Positions 29,754-34,510 of a stretch of DNA of 34,510 nucleotides are shown here, one piece after another (position 1 is the stretch's first letter; the number at the start of each line of letters is the position of its first letter). Below the pieces are notes generated by a model. The model saw only the letters and a list, made by a program, of their open reading frames with translations, was not told where the DNA came from and did not search any database. Source of the DNA: Candidatus Nanoarchaeia archaeon (GTDB taxonomy: Archaea; Nanobdellota; Nanobdellia; Woesearchaeales; DATDTY01); contig DATDTY010000001.1 of the NCBI GenBank assembly GCA_035290625.1, positions 1 to 34,510 on the forward strand, given 5' to 3'. The position numbers and the translations under genes are program-made.

Positions 29754-29967
29754 GCAGCGTTCAAAATTTGGGTTGCCGCCTGCTTGTGAGCAACCTACCT
29801 AGAGTAGGCGCATCGACAAGGGAGTTGCCCCAGCCAAAACGCCATCGGGCGTTTTGGTGTGCCAAAAGAGCGTAGCTCTTTTTAGCACCTTCGGGACATG
29901 TCGATATACACAGATATGCAGAGATTGCGAACTTGGCGGCAACCGCTGAATGAGATTTTGAACACAG
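29754..29967 (+). mobile_element. Structured intergenic element, copy E5 (with apical insert)
   Basis: IR GTTCAAAAT (29759-67 / 29955-63); GGTTGCCGCC/GGCGGCAACC; 10-bp direct repeat CTTGTTTTAG (29744-53, 29968-77). Confidence 0.85.
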
Positions 29968-30141
29968 CTTGTTTTAGAGCCGAGATCATGATTACGAATT
30001 TCAAAATGAACCTCAGATTGCCTATAAGCACAAAATTTTCAGGTTGCAAAGCCCAGGGTATCAGCTTTTATCCTGATTTCCAAAAAGTTTATATACTAAC
30101 CACAAGTAGTTCACAGTAAATCCTAATACCGAGGTGAAAAA

Positions 30142-30288
30142 ATGGTGCAAGGGAGATGTATGAAATGCAAGAAGCAGGTTGATATCAAGAACGGTAAGGA
30201 GACGACCATGAAGAATGGGATGAAGGCAGTAAAGGGAGAGTGCCCATCTTGCGGCACAAAGGTTTTCAGGATTCTTGGAAAGGCTTAG
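30142..30288 (+). CDS. DUF5679-like small basic zinc-binding protein (48 aa), not in the ORF track
   Basis: MVQGRCMKCKKQVDIKNGKETTMKNGMKAVKGECPSCGTKVFRILGKA; SD GAGGTGA at 30131. Confidence 0.88.
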   Translation: MVQGRCMKCKKQVDIKNGKETTMKNGMKAVKGECPSCGTKVFRILGKA

Positions 30289-30295
30289 GCCTTTT

Positions 30296-31060
30296 ATGAT
30301 TGACTGCCATTGCCACCTTGACCACCCTCTCTTTGATAAGGACAGAGACCAGGTGGTTGAGGCAGCAAAAACATCTGGGATTTCTGTTATCATTACCAAT
30401 GGCATAGACCCTGGAACAAATAGGAAATCCCTGGAGCTTGCCAGGAGGTATAGCATTGTAAAAGCTGGCCTTGGCGTCTATCCCAGAAGCGCAATCAAGC
30501 ATGAGACTGAGCAAGAGGGAAAAAAGTACACCTCCTTTGATATTGGTGAGGAGCTTGGGTTTATCACAGATCATAAGAAGGAGGTTATTGCTATAGGGGA
30601 GGTTGGCCTGGATGGTGTCCGGGGCATCGATACTCCCCAAAAAAAGGACTTTGAACTCATGATTGAGCTGGCAGAAAAGCTCAAAAAACCCATCATTGTG
30701 CATTCGCGCAAGGCTGAAGCTGAAGTGCTTGCCTTGCTTGAGACCTCAAAGCTAAAAGTAATCCTGCACGCCTTTCATGGCAAAAGGAGGCTCGTCCAGA
30801 AGGCAATTGACAATGGCTGGTATTTCTCAGTCTCTACCCATATAGCCAGGAGCCAGGAGATGCAGTACATAGCTAAGGAAGCTCCCTTGTCAAAGCTGTT
30901 TCCAGAGACAGATGCTCCGTTCCTCAGCCCATTTCCAGGAAAGCGCAATGAGCCTGCTTTTGTTATTGAAGCAATTAAGAAGATTGCCGAAATAAAAGGC
31001 CTGGATATGGAGGAAACATCCAAGAATATCTGGAAAAATTACCAGAAGGTGTTTGTGTAG
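30296..31060 (+). CDS. tatD: TatD family hydrolase/DNase
   Basis: IDCHCHL, AIGEVGLD, IVHSRKAE, ILHAF, ETDAPFL. Confidence 0.93.
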   Translation: MIDCHCHLDHPLFDKDRDQVVEAAKTSGISVIITNGIDPGTNRKSLELARRYSIVKAGLGVYPRSAIKHETEQEGKKYTSFDIGEELGFITDHKKEVIAIGEVGLDGVRGIDTPQKKDFELMIELAEKLKKPIIVHSRKAEAEVLALLETSKLKVILHAFHGKRRLVQKAIDNGWYFSVSTHIARSQEMQYIAKEAPLSKLFPETDAPFLSPFPGKRNEPAFVIEAIKKIAEIKGLDMEETSKNIWKNYQKVFV

Positions 31061-31103
31061 GGAGCAAGCAACCTTAATATAGAAGGCTTCATTCCCCCTC
31101 TTT

Positions 31104-31931
31104 ATGCACAGGAGAGCTTTTCTGAGCCTAACCCTCACAGCAGCGGCTGCTGCCTGCACCAAGATGCAGGGATTAGAAATGACCATTGCTGATGCATCGA
31201 AAGACCACAGCAGAGCATTGCAGCTTGGCCGCCAGTGGATGGCTGAAGGGAAATTCGGCGAAGCCAGGGCTGCACTAGAGGTTGGTGTGCAGGGATATAC
31301 GCTCCGGCAAGACTTGAACCTGAATCTCTACATGTATAACGAGGGCCAATTTCAGCCCCTAACCCAAGAACAAAAGGACGTGCTCATGCAGTTCTATGAT
31401 GCCTTGGGCCATGCCTGCGCAGCAGCGCAGCAATTCTCCATTGCTTTGGGGTATTTCCAGCAGACAGTCTTCATCGATCCCAGCAACCCGGAGCATTTTA
31501 TGGCATTTGCAAAAACCAGCGCTGAGATATTTAATGATGAAGCAGCAGAGGGATTAAGGCTTCCTTATGAAACCCTCTTAAAGCGTCATGTTCGAGTCAT
31601 CCGATACCCTCCAATGGTTGTGATGAATGCAAGCGTAGCTGCATATTTAGAATGTGACTCCCGGCCTGGCCAATGGCAACTTGCGAATCAGGTATTCCAG
31701 GAATACACGAGATATCTAAAGGATGTTGCCATGGAGCTGTCACGAAGGGACATAGCATGTAGCATCCAAATCCCTAATGAAGAGAGCAACCAGGAAAAAT
31801 GGGATATCGCAAGGCAGATGTACCAGCAAGACCCTTATTTTACAGTCCGATATCAGAATTATCTCCCAGGGATGATCCATTTTGCAATCCCCCTGCAAGA
31901 AAAAAGGCCTAATACTTCAAACAGCCTGTAA
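31104..31931 (+). CDS. TPR-like helical protein with Tat/lipoprotein-like signal
   Basis: MHRRAFLSLTLTAAAAAC; ALGHAC...ALGYFQQTVFIDPSN. Confidence 0.7.
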   Translation: MHRRAFLSLTLTAAAAACTKMQGLEMTIADASKDHSRALQLGRQWMAEGKFGEARAALEVGVQGYTLRQDLNLNLYMYNEGQFQPLTQEQKDVLMQFYDALGHACAAAQQFSIALGYFQQTVFIDPSNPEHFMAFAKTSAEIFNDEAAEGLRLPYETLLKRHVRVIRYPPMVVMNASVAAYLECDSRPGQWQLANQVFQEYTRYLKDVAMELSRRDIACSIQIPNEESNQEKWDIARQMYQQDPYFTVRYQNYLPGMIHFAIPLQEKRPNTSNSL

Positions 31932-31947
31932 GATGCCAGGAATAACT

Positions 31948-32144
31948 GGCTTCCCTGAAAATGGCGTTGCCGTCAATCTGCGAGGCTCTTGACCTTAAAG
32001 ACTGAAAACCGACAAGGGAGTTGCCCCCATGGAGGAATGTCGGTCCCCCCGTCATATGCGCGGCCGAACCGACGTGCTCCGAAGGAGCGCCCGGAAATGT
32101 TTGGCATTTCCGACGGCAACCTCGAAGAGATTTTCAGGGAAGCC
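31948..32144 (+). mobile_element. Structured intergenic element, copy E7
   Basis: Same 15-bp IR as E1 (31948-62 / 32130-44); 8-bp direct repeat GGAATAAC (31939-46, 32145-52). Confidence 0.88.
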
Positions 32145-32189
32145 GGAATAACGCAAAGCCTTTTATACCTGTTTTGCCTATAAGCCTCT

Positions 32190-32498
32190 ATGAAACTGAC
32201 TCTGGACACCAAAGAGGACTCGCATGAGCATTTGAGGCACGTGATTGCGATGCTTCAGAGTATTATCGGAGGTAGTGAGCAGGACGTCCATGAACCTGGA
32301 CAGCAGCCTGTAAGTCAGGACCAAGGCTTTGTCAATCTGTTTGGTGATGCTGCAATCAGCCCATCGCCTCCTGAGCAGAAAAAGGATTCCGGCCTTGATG
32401 TTGACCCTGCAAAGATCCAGGACATCCTGCAGAAGGCAAGCTTAGAAAAGGCGCGCCTGTCTGAGACCAAAGAGTTCAAGATGGAGGAATATCTTTAG
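32190..32498 (+). CDS. Hypothetical protein (102 aa)
   Basis: MKLTLDTKEDSHE...; TTTTATA at 32161. Confidence 0.75.
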   Translation: MKLTLDTKEDSHEHLRHVIAMLQSIIGGSEQDVHEPGQQPVSQDQGFVNLFGDAAISPSPPEQKKDSGLDVDPAKIQDILQKASLEKARLSETKEFKMEEYL

Positions 32499-32546
32499 GA
32501 TGCATTTCATCTAACGCTTCTCGCCTTGCAGAACGAATTTAGAAAT

Positions 32547-32993
32547 CTAAAATCTCCACACCCTCTTCCCGTTTCTATGTATCGCTCTCACCCTGTGGAT
32601 AGGAATAAAAATCTCCTTGCCACGCTCATGGATATGGATGATATTCTTCTCGATGCGCCGTATCTGGGCTGCCTTGAACTCTATCTCCTTTTTTCTCACC
32701 TTATCCAGATACCTGATCCTGAACTCGTTCCTTTGCGGATGCGCCTGAACAGAATTGAGAATCTTCAGAGTGCCCTGCTCCAATCCTCCCAAAGGATCAA
32801 ACTCCTTGAGGATAATCCCTGAGAACGTAAGTATCGCCAAGCCAATAAACAGGCTGACAAAAGGCTCTTCAAGTATAGGCAACGCTCCAAACCCTTCCCA
32901 TATCCCACGCCAGAAGAAGATGATTCCTGTCGCTCCAAGAAGTGACCAGAGAAAATGCTTGTCTGACTCACGCAACTGATAGATACTACTCAC
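32547..32993 (-). CDS. Membrane protein with C-terminal MJ1316/DUF504-like domain
   Basis: Two TMs; IRYLDKV...FIPIHRVRAIHRNGKRVW resembles the IPxHR motif. Confidence 0.7.
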   Translation of the reverse strand: MSSIYQLRESDKHFLWSLLGATGIIFFWRGIWEGFGALPILEEPFVSLFIGLAILTFSGIILKEFDPLGGLEQGTLKILNSVQAHPQRNEFRIRYLDKVRKKEIEFKAAQIRRIEKNIIHIHERGKEIFIPIHRVRAIHRNGKRVWRF

Positions 32994-33044
32994 CTCTTTT
33001 GGATGCTTTCAGGCATTCGGGTATAAATACGTTATGGTTTTGTG

Positions 33045-33187
33045 GCTCAGTAGCAAGTCCGGCATCATTCCTGCGAGCTTCTTCAGCTCCATAAGCAGTG
33101 CTGACAGAGGGTAGGCCCCTTCGGGGGTGTCAGCATACACGAATACAGGCGCAAGCGAGCCTGATGCCGGCTGACTTGCTACTGAGC
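33045..33187 (+). mobile_element. Structured intergenic element, copy E6 (shortest, no insert)
   Basis: 14-bp IR GCTCAGTAGCAAGT; CCGGCATCA/TGATGCCGG; GCTGACA...TGTCAGC; direct repeat GGTTTTG (33036-42, 33189-95). Confidence 0.88.
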
Positions 33188-33272
33188 AGGTTTTGAGCTG
33201 CCGCCCAGGTATGGAAAGTTTTAATAACCCTCCATGAACCTTTCAAAAAATAATTATAGGGAGGTGCGCAGC

Positions 33273-33677
33273 ATGGCTTATTTTGAAACAAAGTATAGGG
33301 ATTATCTGTACGTTATTTTCCGTATAGGCATAGGTGCATTATTTTTCATGTATGGTGTGCAGAAATTGTTCGGACTTTGGGGTATGCCCGGAGGTCCTGC
33401 TGCCTTTGGGACTCTGGTCTGGTATGCTGGCGCAGCCGAGCTCCTGATAGGATTAGCTCTCATTGCTGGTGTCCTGACGCGGCTTGCATCCTTCTTCGGG
33501 GTAATTGAGATGATTGTGGCCTACAGCATCGGGCACGCTTTACCCGGAGGATGGAATCCTGCAGTAAACCAGGGAGCGCCTGCTCTGCTGTTCATGTTGG
33601 CGTTCCTCGTTACTTTGGCGTATGGAGCCAGAAAAGCCAGTTTCGAGCAAGCAGTCCTTGGAAAAGAACTCTTTTGA
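33273..33677 (+). CDS. DoxX family membrane protein
   Basis: FRIGIGALFFMYGVQKLFG...AELLIGL...GVLTRLAS; SD GGAGGTG. Confidence 0.88.
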   Translation: MAYFETKYRDYLYVIFRIGIGALFFMYGVQKLFGLWGMPGGPAAFGTLVWYAGAAELLIGLALIAGVLTRLASFFGVIEMIVAYSIGHALPGGWNPAVNQGAPALLFMLAFLVTLAYGARKASFEQAVLGKELF

Positions 33678-33747
33678 GCTTCCGCAAAGGATTTACAGAA
33701 CCCAGGCTCCAGCAACCTATAAATAGTCCTGCCTCTTACTGCATCTC

Positions 33748-34158
33748 ATGGGCTACCGTATGCTTGATGACCTGACCTCAGATGTCATGTTTGAGGCAAC
33801 AGGAAAAGACTTGAAGGAATTGTTCAGCAGCGCTGCCCAGGGACTGTTCTCCATCATCTGCGACAGGAAGAATGTGAGGCCAGCTTCCAAACGGGGCATT
33901 CATGTTGCAGGAAAGGATCTCAGGGAGACCATGATCAATTTTCTCCAGGCCCTCATCGCTTTAGTTGATACCGAAGAGATGTTCTTCTCCAAGTTTGTCA
34001 TTACGAGTGCTGAAGAGACAGAGATTGTTGCAGAGGCCTATGGCGAGCCTTTCAGGCCTGACCTTGCAGGAACTGTTGTCAAGGCAGTTACTTATTACAA
34101 TTTCTCTGTTGAAAAGACTCAGAAAGGATGGCGGTGCAAGGTTGTTGTGGATGTGTAA
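33748..34158 (+). CDS. Archease (RtcB tRNA-ligase cofactor family)
   Basis: LDDLTSDVMFEATG...VKAVTYY...VVVDV. Confidence 0.9.
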   Translation: MGYRMLDDLTSDVMFEATGKDLKELFSSAAQGLFSIICDRKNVRPASKRGIHVAGKDLRETMINFLQALIALVDTEEMFFSKFVITSAEETEIVAEAYGEPFRPDLAGTVVKAVTYYNFSVEKTQKGWRCKVVVDV

Positions 34159-34375
34159 ATATAAAAATCACAGCTTTAACCCAACCACTGCTGCAACCTC
34201 ACTTGGGCTTGACTCAAAGCTGTCAAAGCCTGTTAAGAATTTGCATCTCCGGCTGATCTCTTCCAGATTTGGATCTACAAGAACCAAGTGGCGCACCCAA
34301 CATTTATAAGTAAGAGTCCATTTCTATATATTTATCAGACCAAAACTATACTCATTTAAATGGCAAAAAAGGGTT

Positions 34376-34399
34376 AAGTCAACACGCGTGTGTTGACTT
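34376..34399. repeat. 10-bp perfect hairpin overlapping the transposase stop codon
   Basis: AAGTCAACAC-GCGT-GTGTTGACTT. Confidence 0.8.
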
Positions 34400-34510
34400 T
34401 CTTTGATTGTAGTGGTAGAACCATAGCCCAAAGAATGCTTGAGCGCCTCCCAAACTCTGGAATGTGCTGAACCACTTAACCCTTCGTTTAATCTCTCTAT
34501 TCAGCCTCTC
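34379..34510 (-). CDS. C-terminus of a DDE-type transposase/integrase (IS6/IS256-like), truncated by the window edge; not in the ORF track
   Basis: ERLNREIKRRVKWFSTFQSLGGAQAFFGLWFYHYNQRKSTHAC*; catalytic-Glu helix ERxNxxxKxR and YN motif. Confidence 0.75.
   Translation of the reverse strand, partial: ERLNREIKRRVKWFSTFQSLGGAQAFFGLWFYHYNQRKSTHAC

Noticed and set aside
28540..29967. Elements as hammerhead or HDV-like ribozymes (GCGAA and CTGAATGA motifs)
   Set aside because: No complete CUGANGA/GAAA core or HDV double pseudoknot could be built; GCGAA is better explained by the tandem GA helix
31973..32227. Three short ORFs over E7
   Set aside because: Shadow ORFs of the non-coding element
17868..33187. 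Elements as CRISPR repeats or integron attC sites
   Set aside because: Dispersed, with no regular spacers, cas gene or integrase; no consistent RYYYAAC/GTTRRRY ends; many sit between divergent housekeeping genes
17868..33187. Elements as simple intrinsic terminators
   Set aside because: Too long and multi-stemmed, flanked by direct repeats, and often located between divergent genes where nothing terminates
34168..34296. 42-codon minus-strand ORF (VRHLVLVDPNLEE...)
   Set aside because: Short, with no recognisable motif; insufficient support

Overview
Archaeal chromosomal segment, most likely DPANN/Woesearchaeota-like (inferred from BRE-TATA promoters, GAGGTGA Shine-Dalgarno sites, class III prepilins, DUF357, archease and paired KaiC-like ATPases). 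The first ~7 kb is an AT-richer island: a giant secreted subtilase/CARDB/alpha-beta-hydrolase fusion, a membrane-protein gene frameshifted at an 8-bp tandem repeat, and a CARDB/PKD surface protein. Next come a transglutaminase-like protein, a type IV pilus locus (4 pilin-like genes, an ATPase, 2 TadC-like proteins), a secreted papain-like protein, 2 KaiC-like ATPases, a redox/metal cluster (DoxX, Bcp, two proteins ending in MVGGC, CcdA), housekeeping and small genes, and the C-terminus of a DDE transposase at the right edge. The main unexplained signal is a family of at least 7 intergenic elements of about 140-215 bp. Their terminal inverted repeats differ in sequence, but they share a covarying rod-like fold with a tandem G.A motif and a GACA..GGG..CCC..TGTC apical arm. 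Most are flanked by 6-11 bp direct repeats, and all end about 15-18 bp upstream of a TATA box. They look like a structure-defined, possibly promoter-targeted, non-autonomous mobile element family. All calls were made by eye; no database searches were run.
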